Shown here piece after piece: positions 20,214 to 30,671 of a stretch of 64,000 bases of DNA; the stretch's first letter is position 1; each line of letters begins with the position of its first letter. This DNA comes from a virus (Duplodnaviria; Caudoviricetes): positions 32,001 to 96,000 of IMG/VR virus record IMGVR_UViG_3300031555_004524, one strand, 5' to 3'. A program made the position numbers and the translations under genes. The notes beneath the pieces are model-generated. The model had not been told where the DNA came from. It searched no databases and saw only the letters and a list, made by a program, of their open reading frames with translations.

Positions 20214-21005
20214 ATGATTTCATCAACAAATTCAGAATATGCTATTGCATCTGATAGAGAGATTGCAGCTGTAATTGGAAACTTTGGCCCAGAAATGTTC
20301 CTTGCAACTCTAAATAATATATTAGAAGATCGCAATAGGGAAAATTATTTACAAGTAGGCAATTTAGTTGCTGCTTATGAATCAAATTATAAAATGATTC
20401 AAGACACATATCCAGATAACCGAGATGCGATAATGGAAACGCGTCAAGCTACATATGAAATGGTAATTAATAAGCTATGTGAACATTTTAATCTAAGTAT
20501 AAATATAACACCAGATATGGATATTTATACTGTAGCTTTTTTGTTATACAGATTTTTAATATCAGATTTTCAGCAGAATATTATTACTTTTTTTACAAAC
20601 TTCATTGTAAATGAACAGGCTAACCTTTATCAGTCTTTTGATTTAGAAACATTAAAAAAAGCAAAAGATTCTGCATCTGCATATAGTAGAAAATTATTTG
20701 GAAATAATGATAATAGCGGAAGATTAGCAGCTATACATTCAAACTTAGATCCAATCTTGACTGGTATTACTGCACATGATATTTCCTTAAATCAAATTAT
20801 AAATTTAATGTATATGGGAGATATATACACTTGTAATTTCTTAGCGAATATAATGTATGACAATGGAGATTTCTATAAAGATTTTATTGTAAAACATGTA
20901 AATGGTCCGCATAGAGCAGAAATAGTTACATATATAAGATTACAATTAAATCCATATATTATGCCAGAAGCTGTATCCATAACAACAATGGATACAAATA
21001 TATAA
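20214..21005 (+). CDS. Hypothetical protein
   Basis: 263 aa with AGGAGG SD. Confidence 0.7.
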   Translation: MISSTNSEYAIASDREIAAVIGNFGPEMFLATLNNILEDRNRENYLQVGNLVAAYESNYKMIQDTYPDNRDAIMETRQATYEMVINKLCEHFNLSINITPDMDIYTVAFLLYRFLISDFQQNIITFFTNFIVNEQANLYQSFDLETLKKAKDSASAYSRKLFGNNDNSGRLAAIHSNLDPILTGITAHDISLNQIINLMYMGDIYTCNFLANIMYDNGDFYKDFIVKHVNGPHRAEIVTYIRLQLNPYIMPEAVSITTMDTNI

Positions 21006-21026
21006 AAACACGGAGGATTTTATAAT

Positions 21027-22259
21027 ATGGGGACTACTGAAAATTTAACAGATGAAAACATTGATAAAGCATATGATGCTTTATTGAAAGCTGGTGATGG
21101 AGAAAAACTCGCCGAAGATGAAGCTGCCAGACTTAGTGGTATTATGGAAGAATTTTTATCAGATGATGATAAATTAATGAGAGATATTGAATCTGGAAAT
21201 ATTCAGATTGAAACTGCTGACTGCCCAGAATCAATAAATGCAAAAGTTACTATTGATCCATTCTCTGGAAAGGGGACAAAGATCGATCTCGAAGATGATA
21301 CTGATATTATGTCACTTGATGATATATTGGATAATGGTGGAATTATGAATTCTATAGATTATAAAGAAATAGAATATTCAGAATCTGCTATTGCAGCTGC
21401 ATTAAAAACTACATATAAAATAGAAATATCTGATAATGAAATATCAGCTCTAACTGCAGCTCTTATTAAAGCTACTAAAGGTGAGCCTGTAAAATACAAT
21501 GATCTTCCACCTTCAATTAAATCAAAAATTGCCAATACGATTATGGCAGAAAAAGGATCAATATATACTGGAAATCTTGAATTAAAAAATCAAATGGCTA
21601 AAATATTTGTAGACGCATTAATGCAAGAAGTCATGAATGAAGAGATTAAAGAGATTTTTGTAGATCTTCAAGATTCTATTAAATCTATTGCTCAAGAAGG
21701 AATTAATTCTGTATATGGTAATGCATATAGTTCTCAAAGAGATATTTTAGAAAATGATCTTCTCAAAATTGCCAATGAAATAGAAAGTGAAAATCCAGAG
21801 AAAGCCAAATTATTAAGAAATATGCATCATGCATATCAGCAATCATATAAGTTAGAAGAGATGCTTAATACTTATATAACTACTGGAAAATGTAAAATAA
21901 AGAAATATGATTTAGAAAAAGTTGATAGAGTTTACGAAGGTTTCAACAGAAAGTATGAGAAATCTAAATGGGTAGTTAGAGATGTGAGTATGCTCGAACC
22001 AGTATTATCTAGAAAACTTTCTCAAGACTTTAATATCAATCATATCAGAGCATTCTTGATAGTATTCTGCAAGTATACAATGAATATGAACCCAGATGAA
22101 AGTTTAGTTGATCACACATTCATGTATTATTTCATAATGAATATACTAAATCTTGATATCTTTGATCCAGAAAACGAAAATGATGTATTATTCTATAATA
22201 CATTAGTAGAAACAATAGAAAACTTTATTAATAAAATTAGAGAAAAAGCTAAAATATAA
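21027..22259 (+). CDS. Hypothetical protein (acidic N-half)
   Basis: 410 aa with GGAGG SD. Confidence 0.7.
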   Translation: MGTTENLTDENIDKAYDALLKAGDGEKLAEDEAARLSGIMEEFLSDDDKLMRDIESGNIQIETADCPESINAKVTIDPFSGKGTKIDLEDDTDIMSLDDILDNGGIMNSIDYKEIEYSESAIAAALKTTYKIEISDNEISALTAALIKATKGEPVKYNDLPPSIKSKIANTIMAEKGSIYTGNLELKNQMAKIFVDALMQEVMNEEIKEIFVDLQDSIKSIAQEGINSVYGNAYSSQRDILENDLLKIANEIESENPEKAKLLRNMHHAYQQSYKLEEMLNTYITTGKCKIKKYDLEKVDRVYEGFNRKYEKSKWVVRDVSMLEPVLSRKLSQDFNINHIRAFLIVFCKYTMNMNPDESLVDHTFMYYFIMNILNLDIFDPENENDVLFYNTLVETIENFINKIREKAKI

Positions 22260-22317
22260 TTACATAGAGAAGGATATTAATCCTTCTCTATAAATTTAAT
22301 CATGGAGGTATAAAATT

Positions 22318-23145
22318 ATGTTTTTATTAAAAAGATTAATTAATAAAATTGATAAAATAGACAAAGAAAATACGACCGAATGTTATTCAATAATTCAAGA
22401 TAAAAGTCCTACTATAATATTTCCGCGATATTTAAAAATAGATGATATAGAAAAAATACCACCTAAATATACATATATTTCAAAAATAGCTATATTAAAA
22501 TTACCTTATATGGAAATATTTGGACCTTCCAAAACAACCAGTATCACAACTTATTTGGAAGAAAGAGGGGTTGACTCTTCTTTTGAAAATAAAAAACAAT
22601 TAGCAGAATTTGTAAAAATATATGATTATACTGAAGCAAAGGATGCAGAATTATTACGTCTATTAAAAAATATTCATGAACTAAGAGGTTTATCAGAACC
22701 TGCAGAATATTATATGTGTACAGATGAACATAAATGGACAAAATTAAAAAGTAAACCTACTCTTTTTACAGAATCTGAAATTCCGATATATAATAGTTTA
22801 TCCAGTGTAATATCTCCATTGTATAAATATTCAATAATATATACTATAGATGATGATTCATATTGGATTAATCTTGGAGAAGAAGATCATAGATCTAATT
22901 TATTTGCATTTATTGGAACTAAACAAGAAATTGGTGTATTAGAATCCAATATTGCAGATATATGTGAACAGAATGATGAAATGCCTATTATAACATTATC
23001 AGCAAATATCGAAAACAAAATAGTAGTGCGCAAAAAGATAATTAATAGTAATACTATTAGTTATGATATTTACAGAAAATGCGATTCATATTATGAAAAA
23101 TGTGACACTGCAATTGTATATAAGGAGGAAATTTACAATGGATAG
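22318..23145 (+). CDS. Hypothetical protein
   Basis: 275 aa with GGAGG SD. Confidence 0.6.
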   Translation: MFLLKRLINKIDKIDKENTTECYSIIQDKSPTIIFPRYLKIDDIEKIPPKYTYISKIAILKLPYMEIFGPSKTTSITTYLEERGVDSSFENKKQLAEFVKIYDYTEAKDAELLRLLKNIHELRGLSEPAEYYMCTDEHKWTKLKSKPTLFTESEIPIYNSLSSVISPLYKYSIIYTIDDDSYWINLGEEDHRSNLFAFIGTKQEIGVLESNIADICEQNDEMPIITLSANIENKIVVRKKIINSNTISYDIYRKCDSYYEKCDTAIVYKEEIYNG

Positions 23146-23701
23146 ATATATTATTAATGGGTGCGAAATAGCACTGGCTAAAAAGATAACAGTTATACTT
23201 ATCAATAGACCTACAACTGAAGAGGATAAGAAAAATGTAAGTGTATACACAGGGGATCTTATCAGTATATTATATACAGAAAATATGGCAGATGTTGGCA
23301 AAAAAGATAAGATATACAGAGGAAGAATATTAGATGTGGTATATAAACCAACTGCACATATAAAGGCATGGCGCCCAAATGCATCATATGCTAGAGAAAA
23401 TGATTATTTAGAAGTATTACCATATAATATGGTAAATAATAATATTTCATGCGAAAAAAAATTAGTTGGACAAGGTATTGATTGGGATCACATCTATATC
23501 AAAATGGATATATCCACTGCTCATAATTCAGAAGTAAAACTATTTAGAGTATCACATATCTTAGATATTAACGATGTAGACTATGAATACCAACCAGATA
23601 ATCCAGAAATTTTAGAATGTACATGTAACCTAAAAATAGAAGAAGATATCGATCATGATCCAGTAAAAGATATAGAAGTTATTGTAGAAACAGTAAATTA
23701 G
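23138..23701 (+). CDS. Hypothetical beta-rich protein; paralog of 57737-58090
   Basis: AGGAGG SD before the ATG at 23138; GDLISILY and MDIS..NS....HILDI motifs. Confidence 0.6.
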   Translation: MDRYIINGCEIALAKKITVILINRPTTEEDKKNVSVYTGDLISILYTENMADVGKKDKIYRGRILDVVYKPTAHIKAWRPNASYARENDYLEVLPYNMVNNNISCEKKLVGQGIDWDHIYIKMDISTAHNSEVKLFRVSHILDINDVDYEYQPDNPEILECTCNLKIEEDIDHDPVKDIEVIVETVN

Positions 23702-23725
23702 TATATTATATAGGAGAGTGATAAT

Positions 23726-24499
23726 ATGAATGAAACTATTCCTAGTTGGTTAAAATTAAAAGATCGTGCCTTATATTATAATGACACAGGAGAATTTTGT
23801 TTCTTTGTTCCAGAGATATTCTTCGAAAGAAATCATGCTATATCAGAAGGTGAATTTATTCATCTTATAGGCATGCTAAATTATACAAGATTAAAACCAG
23901 GAAGTAATGAGTATACAAAAGATGTAAAATCATTTAACTTTCCTACAGCTTTTACTACCAAACCAGGTAGAGTTGAAAAGGTAAAGAATCTTAAATTAAT
24001 AGATTCTCAACCTGGAGAGGATTATCGAATTCTCCATTACGAAAACAATGGAGATGATCAAATTGTTGTATCTATAGAAGTTCCACAGGATATTGCAAAT
24101 GTAGAAGAATTTATGCAAATTTGTTTTACTACAGGAAAGATTCCTAAAAATATTAGATATGATGAATTACAAAATTATCTATATGATAATATGAAACTTA
24201 ATGGAAATTCTTACGGTATTACTGCACAGATTTATGGTATAGTATGGTCGGAAGTATGTAGAGATCCTAACAATCTAGAAGTGCCGTATAGATTATCAAA
24301 GAAATTTGATGAAAAGAATCCTACTAATTATCAATCTATTTCTATTAAAGAGGTACCTAAAATTATATCTCCATTTACAGCTGTTACAACGGAGAACTGG
24401 GATGAGGCTGTAATATCAGCATGTATTATCCCACCAGATCAGATTAAAGGTACACCTATGGAAAAAATTATGACTGGAACTGGATTTGATGATGAATAA
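23726..24499 (+). CDS. RNAP beta-prime extreme C-terminal fragment (probably virion RNAP)
   Basis: AQIYGIVWSEVCR resembles KHIEVIVRQMLR; SPFTAVTTENWDEAVISAC..KGTPMEKIMTG resembles SFISAASFQETTRVLTEAA..LRGLKENVIVG. Confidence 0.55.
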   Translation: MNETIPSWLKLKDRALYYNDTGEFCFFVPEIFFERNHAISEGEFIHLIGMLNYTRLKPGSNEYTKDVKSFNFPTAFTTKPGRVEKVKNLKLIDSQPGEDYRILHYENNGDDQIVVSIEVPQDIANVEEFMQICFTTGKIPKNIRYDELQNYLYDNMKLNGNSYGITAQIYGIVWSEVCRDPNNLEVPYRLSKKFDEKNPTNYQSISIKEVPKIISPFTAVTTENWDEAVISACIIPPDQIKGTPMEKIMTGTGFDDE

Positions 24500-24510
24500 A
24501 AAACACAATT

Positions 24511-24540
24511 AAGGGTAAGAGATTAATTTCTCTTACCCTT
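24511..24540 (+). terminator. Intrinsic terminator
   Basis: AAGGGTAAGAGA..TCTCTTACCCTT. Confidence 0.75.
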
Positions 24541-24577
24541 TCTTTATATATAAAATCCGCTAAAAGTGTCCCCTGAT

Positions 24578-24590
24578 AACATATCAATAA
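24578..24590 (+). promoter_or_regulatory. Late promoter AACA-N6-TAA (tail sheath operon)
   Basis: AACATATCAATAA; same motif recurs upstream of at least 10 other genes. Confidence 0.65.
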
Positions 24591-24655
24591 ATTACATTTG
24601 GATTGAAAATGTATTTAAATTTTTATTAATAAAATTATAAAGGAGGACACAAAAA

Positions 24656-26791
24656 ATGAGAAAACCCACTACTACATTTAAATGGGTTGACAACAGTGGT
24701 GCTTTAGTTAACGCTCCTGTATTGGAAGTTAGACCACTGTGTTTGACAGCTTCTTCATTTGATAAAGGCCCAGAAGGGTTAATGACTGTGTATGGCGATA
24801 ATTTCTATAAGTTATTTGGTTCAAATATTTCATATGTAAAACATGGACAGCCAGCTATTCAGGCAGCTAATATCATTGATAACGGTGGAGAATTATTAAT
24901 CAAACGTGTTGTTGCTCCAGATTCACTCCTTGCAAACCTTATTCTCACAGCTTCTGTTTCTCAGGCTAGAGTAGAAAAAGTTGATGAACTTACAGGAAAA
25001 CCTGTATATGTCGATGCTGTTACTGGAAGCGAAACATTAGAAGCTACTACAGAAGATGGAACAAGCAATGAAAGAGCAATGATCAATACTGCAGTTATCA
25101 AGTATGATGTAGCAAACGTTACAGATGCTAAAACATTAGCAGATGTAGTTACTCAGGCTAAAACTCTTTCAACTGAAAGAGAATCTAGTCTTGATATCGA
25201 AGGTGCAGGAGATCCATCTACATGGATAACTGTAAATGCAACTCTTGAGGATGGCGGAGATGCTCCAGATATGAGTGTTTCTGTAGGTTATTCTGCGCTT
25301 AACGAAAATGCAGCATTAGTTGGCGAAGCAGAAGTAGGAACAGCAGAACTTCTTGCTGAAGTAACTGAAACATTATTTGATATCGGAACTATCCTCATTG
25401 ATAACAACTTTAATGTATTTGAAGTTGTAGCTGATAATAAATTAGTATTACTTGGTAATACATCAGCAGAATTTACATACCCAATCCTTGTTGTTGCTGA
25501 CAATGGTAGAGGTGTAAGTGATAAGAGATTCAATATCACATGCGATTATACAATTAGTAAATCAGTACACTTTGCTATGTATCAGCTTAACTACTTAGGA
25601 GTACAGGATTTCGATGCTGAATTTACAAGATTCTCTGCAAATCCAGATCAGATTTACAATAACGTAAGCTATTCTCTTAAAATGGCTGCTAAATCTGCAA
25701 TGCAGCTTCAGGCACAGGATCTTGAAGCAGAATTAGAAGCATTTATTGCTAAAGTTTCAGAATTCTCTGGTATCGCACAGGATGAACTCCTCGGCATGGA
25801 TATCTTATTTGGACGTAATCTTAAAGGTATGCCTGTGCAGCAGATTACAATCGATGAAACAGGTTACCAGTTAGATGCTGAATATGGTATGATGCTTCAG
25901 GGTGGTTCTTATGGTTCATTCGGAGATGCTCCATTCGGAACAGAAGCATACTCAGAAGAACTCGTTGCATTCTTCTCAGGAGAATCTGATGATACTATCT
26001 ATGATAGAGATAGATGGAAAATTGAAGTGTGCTTAGATGCTAACTATCCACTTGAAGTTAAAGAAGCTATTTCTCAGCTTGCTACAGATAGAGAAGACTT
26101 CTTCTTCTTCAGAGATTATGGTCTTGGAAATACAACAATGGATGTTATTAAGCTCATGAGAGATTCAATGAATATCAATAATAAATTCATGGGCGATTAT
26201 TGTACATCATATGATGTAATTGATAAGTTTACAAGAAAACAGATTCCTGTAACTATCATGTACTCATTAGCAAGATTAATAATACCACATTTAAATTCAA
26301 ATAGAAATGCTCCACTTATGGGTATTTTATATGGATTTACAATTCCAGAAGCAATTGAAGGAACTGTAAACTTCATTCCAAAAGATACACCAAAAGTTGA
26401 TCAGAAAACTATGTGTATCGAAGAACAGATTAACTATGCTAGCTATGTAAACGGAGTTCTTACTCTTGAAACTCAGATCACAGCTCAGGAAAAAGAAACT
26501 CAGTGTTCACATATCAACAATATCCTTACAGTTCAGGAAACAATGCGTGACATTAGAACACTTTGTCCAAAACTTAGAGGATCATTTATTGATGCTAGTG
26601 ATGGGCTTGAAAAATATGCTCAGAAAGTTAAAGATGTTATTGATAAACATAGGGAAGAATACAATAGTATTGAATTTGCATGGACTGCAGATGAAGTTAT
26701 GTTAGCTCATAAGATCTTTGATGCAGCTATCAAAGTAACATTCAAGAACTATGTTGGCTCAGAAGAATTTACTATCTACACATTAGACTAA
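24656..26791 (+). CDS. Tail sheath protein
   Basis: 711 aa; SSFDKGP, FYKLFG..HGQP, KRVV N-terminal motifs; LDANYP..VK..I..LA..R.D C-terminal sheath pattern; followed by tube-sized gene. Confidence 0.8.
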   Translation: MRKPTTTFKWVDNSGALVNAPVLEVRPLCLTASSFDKGPEGLMTVYGDNFYKLFGSNISYVKHGQPAIQAANIIDNGGELLIKRVVAPDSLLANLILTASVSQARVEKVDELTGKPVYVDAVTGSETLEATTEDGTSNERAMINTAVIKYDVANVTDAKTLADVVTQAKTLSTERESSLDIEGAGDPSTWITVNATLEDGGDAPDMSVSVGYSALNENAALVGEAEVGTAELLAEVTETLFDIGTILIDNNFNVFEVVADNKLVLLGNTSAEFTYPILVVADNGRGVSDKRFNITCDYTISKSVHFAMYQLNYLGVQDFDAEFTRFSANPDQIYNNVSYSLKMAAKSAMQLQAQDLEAELEAFIAKVSEFSGIAQDELLGMDILFGRNLKGMPVQQITIDETGYQLDAEYGMMLQGGSYGSFGDAPFGTEAYSEELVAFFSGESDDTIYDRDRWKIEVCLDANYPLEVKEAISQLATDREDFFFFRDYGLGNTTMDVIKLMRDSMNINNKFMGDYCTSYDVIDKFTRKQIPVTIMYSLARLIIPHLNSNRNAPLMGILYGFTIPEAIEGTVNFIPKDTPKVDQKTMCIEEQINYASYVNGVLTLETQITAQEKETQCSHINNILTVQETMRDIRTLCPKLRGSFIDASDGLEKYAQKVKDVIDKHREEYNSIEFAWTADEVMLAHKIFDAAIKVTFKNYVGSEEFTIYTLD

Positions 26792-26807
26792 TTAAGGAGG
26801 GTAATAT

Positions 26808-27698
26808 ATGAATACTTATAAGAAGAAACCGTATTCGATTGCCTCTTACACTAAAATGCGTGGGGTAATCGACTTCAGTAATGCTAGTCAGTTCAATATG
26901 TACGAATCTGGATATCAGTTCTTAACTATTATCTCTAGACCACGTTATATTGAAATGCTTGCCGAAGAAGATGCTGAAGTTGCTAACTCATTAAATCTCT
27001 TCTGCTGGATTCTTGAAAACGAATTCCGTGGATTAGATGGTATCGAAAATATCACAGTAGACTCTCTTGAATTTACAGATAATATTTCTACATTAAATAC
27101 TATCGGTAAAGTAAATCAGCAGTCTGCTTCAGAAATTACAATGACATTTACAGAAAGATCTGGTGCAGCTATGACTGGATTTATTGATTACTTCTTAAGA
27201 GGTATCAAAGATCCACGTACACAGGCTAAAACATACCATGGTCTTATTAAGAAAGGTAAATTAGCTGCAGGATTTGAAAATGAAGTATTCCATCTGTTAT
27301 ACATGGTAACAGACAATACTACATTAGGTCTTGAAAAAGCTTACCTTCTTGCAAGTGCTTGGCCTTCAACAGCACAGCTTGACATCTATAATGGTGAAAA
27401 AGGTACTATTGAAAAGAAAGAAATTTCTGTACCTTGGCAGTGCTTCCCAATCGATGGAGATGAAGTTGATAAGAGAGCTTTACGTATGCTCGCATACATC
27501 AGTGAAGATGATGCAGTTGCTAACGCTAACTCTGTTAACGGATCTTCTAAGAACGCTCTCGCAGTGGCTAAAGAAATTAAGAGTTACTCAAATAACCAGG
27601 TTATCAATGACTCTAATACATACCAGTATGCTGGTCTTAGCCTCATCGAAAACGTTTACAAAGATGCAGTTGTTGAACAGACAAGACGTACTGTATAA
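26808..27698 (+). CDS. Tail tube protein
   Basis: Directly follows the sheath; ITMTFTE, AYLL..AWP..A T4 gp19-like pattern. Confidence 0.7.
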   Translation: MNTYKKKPYSIASYTKMRGVIDFSNASQFNMYESGYQFLTIISRPRYIEMLAEEDAEVANSLNLFCWILENEFRGLDGIENITVDSLEFTDNISTLNTIGKVNQQSASEITMTFTERSGAAMTGFIDYFLRGIKDPRTQAKTYHGLIKKGKLAAGFENEVFHLLYMVTDNTTLGLEKAYLLASAWPSTAQLDIYNGEKGTIEKKEISVPWQCFPIDGDEVDKRALRMLAYISEDDAVANANSVNGSSKNALAVAKEIKSYSNNQVINDSNTYQYAGLSLIENVYKDAVVEQTRRTV

Positions 27699-27710
27699 TG
27701 AAATAAATAT

Positions 27711-27739
27711 TAGGAGTGTACCAAATCGGTACACTCCTA
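27711..27739. terminator. Bidirectional intrinsic terminator
   Basis: TAGGAGTGTACC..GGTACACTCCTA between convergent tube and portal genes. Confidence 0.75.
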
Positions 27740-27748
27740 TTTTTATAT

Positions 27749-30076
27749 TTACATATCCATATCTCCACCAGAGTTTCCTCCACCACCACTATCCGTAGTA
27801 GTGTTATTATTATCTGAAACTGATACTTCCAATTCAACTGCTTCTTTTAATCTATCTACTAGACTAGATTTTACATAAGATGCAAGTAAATGTCTATTCA
27901 TTTTTCTAATAAACTTAGCTCTTTTTACATCTACATTTGGATCTGAATCTCCTTCATATTCATATGTAGCAATAGCTGTAGAATAATCATTAGCATTCTG
28001 TAAAAGCTGAGAAGTATTTGTAAGTGTTAAAAACATTGGAGGTGGTAACTGAGCTTCAACTTCAACTGGTTCTTCTTCATATTCGCATGCATATATTTTA
28101 GTTAATAATTTGCTTAAGAATGTTTCTGTTATTCCTTGTCTATGAAATACAGTTCTTAATACTTTAATACTTGTTGATGTGAACTGAGTTGCAAAATCTG
28201 GAGAATTTCTGTTCTGAACCAATTCTATATTAACTCCAGTACTGTTTACTGCCATTTCTTCTAGCATATTATAAAGATCAGTATCTATATCAAATTGCTG
28301 TCCTGGCATAACTTCAAATTGCACTGGTGCATCCCCAGAAGGTCCCACTGGAATTACATAATCATTATATCTGCCAGTAATATTAAGAATATTATTGAGA
28401 TTCTGAATCTGTCTAATTCCAAAGTTACCCTTTTTAATCTGGTTAATTACATTTAATAATGTTTGAGATATATTTGTATCGATAGTCTGTTTTACATAAT
28501 ATACTCTCTTATCCTGACCTCTTGTTAATTTACCAAGGGTATCAGTAATATATAAACAAGATAACAATTTTGCTGGAATTAATCCATCTAAGCAATCTGA
28601 AATTCCTCTATGTGTATCTGGATCTATATTGTATGCTAATCTCAAGACATCTTCTTCTGGTAAGAATGAAATTCTAACGTCTAATAATCCTCGTTTAGCA
28701 TTATAAATATCATTATGAAGGAGAATTGCATAGATTTCTTTTGTAAGATCCTGATTTGCATTTATGAATCGCTTATTCAGCTCTTTAGAGATAGTTGCAG
28801 AAAGCTGTCTAATCATATCATTAACTTTTTTCTCTTCTACTGCATTTCTTGTAACTTGCTGCATTCCTTCTAATCCAGTAGTAGCTGTAGAAGTTGCAGT
28901 AGTTATAGAACCATCACTATACTGTGTTGACATATTTGCATATAAATCATTAGCAAGCTGATCATCTGTAAATTCTAAATAATAATATCCCAAACATACG
29001 TCATCGTCAACATAGAGAGGTATAACATTTTCTCTTTTTAATGCTTTGATAACTGCACCTCTAACTTTCAATTCACTAGGAGATACTGTTCTGGATGAAT
29101 TATGTAATAACCCATCAGCAGAAGTATCATCCCTTAATTCCTTAGGAACTTCTAATTCATTTGGAATGGTTATATCAAGTTTTGTTTTCTTATGAATACT
29201 GCTCGCTTCATTCAATGCTTCATTTAAGCTATAAGTTCCTTGCTTTACGATATTATTAGAAATCTTAGCAGATTCAATACAAGATTTCAATGTGCAAGAT
29301 AAATCAAATTCAACATTAACAGAATATGCATGTTTTTTCTGATCTGCTGTAGCTTTATCATCTAATATACCATTTTCATTAAGTAAATAATTTCCATATG
29401 TGGATGCTGTATTGGCTTTATTTGTAAGTAATTTAGCAATAGCAACTTTATATGGAACTACGTATACAAACTGTTCTCCGTATTTTGAAGTATTCATATA
29501 CCACATATTCAGCTTATTTTGAATATCATATTTCTTAATGAGCTTTCCCATTCTCATTTCAAATGAAGCCATATCTGAATCTGCAGAATATGCAGGAGTT
29601 TTTGCACTAATAATATCTTTGGAGAAACTATCTGCAGATAATACTGCATCTCTCATTAATAATAATGCTTCCATCATTTTGGTACAATATTTAAGTACCA
29701 TATCTATTTCATTATCTAAATCTTTAATCCATTTATTTCCAGTATAGCTAGCTAAAATTTCATCTGTTAAAGGATTATTATCAAATAAATTCTTTATAGC
29801 ATCTACTGTATCTTTAGAGTTTACAGTATTTCTTAAATGAGTTCTAGCATATAATTGTGAAACTTTGGATGTATCATTGTTTTTATTACGACGAACAATC
29901 GCTGCAATTTTGTCTTCAATTCCATCAGCGATATTATTCAAATCTTTGGAATTGCTTCTATCGGAATAATATGTATTTCTATACACATTATCCATTCCAC
30001 TACCTAAACCACCTAATAATTGATTAATCCTTCCGGTATTAAATCTTCTAGGAGATTTTTGTGATCTTTCGGCCAT
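27749..30076 (-). CDS. Portal protein (T4 gp20-like)
   Basis: TRGQDKRVYYV, DYVIP, V.PG motifs; late promoter 30109-30121. Confidence 0.75.
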   Translation of the reverse strand: MAERSQKSPRRFNTGRINQLLGGLGSGMDNVYRNTYYSDRSNSKDLNNIADGIEDKIAAIVRRNKNNDTSKVSQLYARTHLRNTVNSKDTVDAIKNLFDNNPLTDEILASYTGNKWIKDLDNEIDMVLKYCTKMMEALLLMRDAVLSADSFSKDIISAKTPAYSADSDMASFEMRMGKLIKKYDIQNKLNMWYMNTSKYGEQFVYVVPYKVAIAKLLTNKANTASTYGNYLLNENGILDDKATADQKKHAYSVNVEFDLSCTLKSCIESAKISNNIVKQGTYSLNEALNEASSIHKKTKLDITIPNELEVPKELRDDTSADGLLHNSSRTVSPSELKVRGAVIKALKRENVIPLYVDDDVCLGYYYLEFTDDQLANDLYANMSTQYSDGSITTATSTATTGLEGMQQVTRNAVEEKKVNDMIRQLSATISKELNKRFINANQDLTKEIYAILLHNDIYNAKRGLLDVRISFLPEEDVLRLAYNIDPDTHRGISDCLDGLIPAKLLSCLYITDTLGKLTRGQDKRVYYVKQTIDTNISQTLLNVINQIKKGNFGIRQIQNLNNILNITGRYNDYVIPVGPSGDAPVQFEVMPGQQFDIDTDLYNMLEEMAVNSTGVNIELVQNRNSPDFATQFTSTSIKVLRTVFHRQGITETFLSKLLTKIYACEYEEEPVEVEAQLPPPMFLTLTNTSQLLQNANDYSTAIATYEYEGDSDPNVDVKRAKFIRKMNRHLLASYVKSSLVDRLKEAVELEVSVSDNNNTTTDSGGGGNSGGDMDM

Positions 30077-30143
30077 GTTTCATCCGTCCTTCCTTCTAGA
30101 TTTTTCGCTTATCTGAATGTTTCGCGGGTAAAATACGATACCT

Positions 30144-30665
30144 CTAAATATTGAGGTATCGTATATATTCACGTATTTGATAATTTTTTTTCTGAATAAT
30201 AAATTCTGATATGAATGAATGTTCTCCTGCTGAATATATCGATAAGTGTATTGTATCAGATTTATTCAATGGATGTAATGATGAAAAATTACTCATTACA
30301 TATTCTTCATATTTAAACATTTTCGCTCCATCACCAGCTTTAATATTTCTAGAAGTATTCACAAATGATTCAAACGATGTAATATCTTTTTCATATATTA
30401 TAGGTGGTGTATCTGTCAATATCATCACTACGTTTAATAAATATCTAAATTTATTTATTAATATTTCTGGAGTCATACATTCAGCAAAATCTGGTTTCGA
30501 TCTACCATCTAATTCTGCCATTGTACCTAGATACTCTTCATCTGAATTTGTATATATTATACTAAGGGTTCCTAAATTTACATCGGAACCCAAAATATAT
30601 CGTGGTGTTATCCATATATAATCACGTTTCATACTTTTAGCCATTTTTATAATATTTGCATCCAT
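30144..30665 (-). CDS. Hypothetical protein cotranscribed with PolB N-subunit
   Basis: 173 aa with GGAGG SD. Confidence 0.65.
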   Translation of the reverse strand: MDANIIKMAKSMKRDYIWITPRYILGSDVNLGTLSIIYTNSDEEYLGTMAELDGRSKPDFAECMTPEILINKFRYLLNVVMILTDTPPIIYEKDITSFESFVNTSRNIKAGDGAKMFKYEEYVMSNFSSLHPLNKSDTIHLSIYSAGEHSFISEFIIQKKNYQIREYIRYLNI

Positions 30666-30671
30666 TTTAAA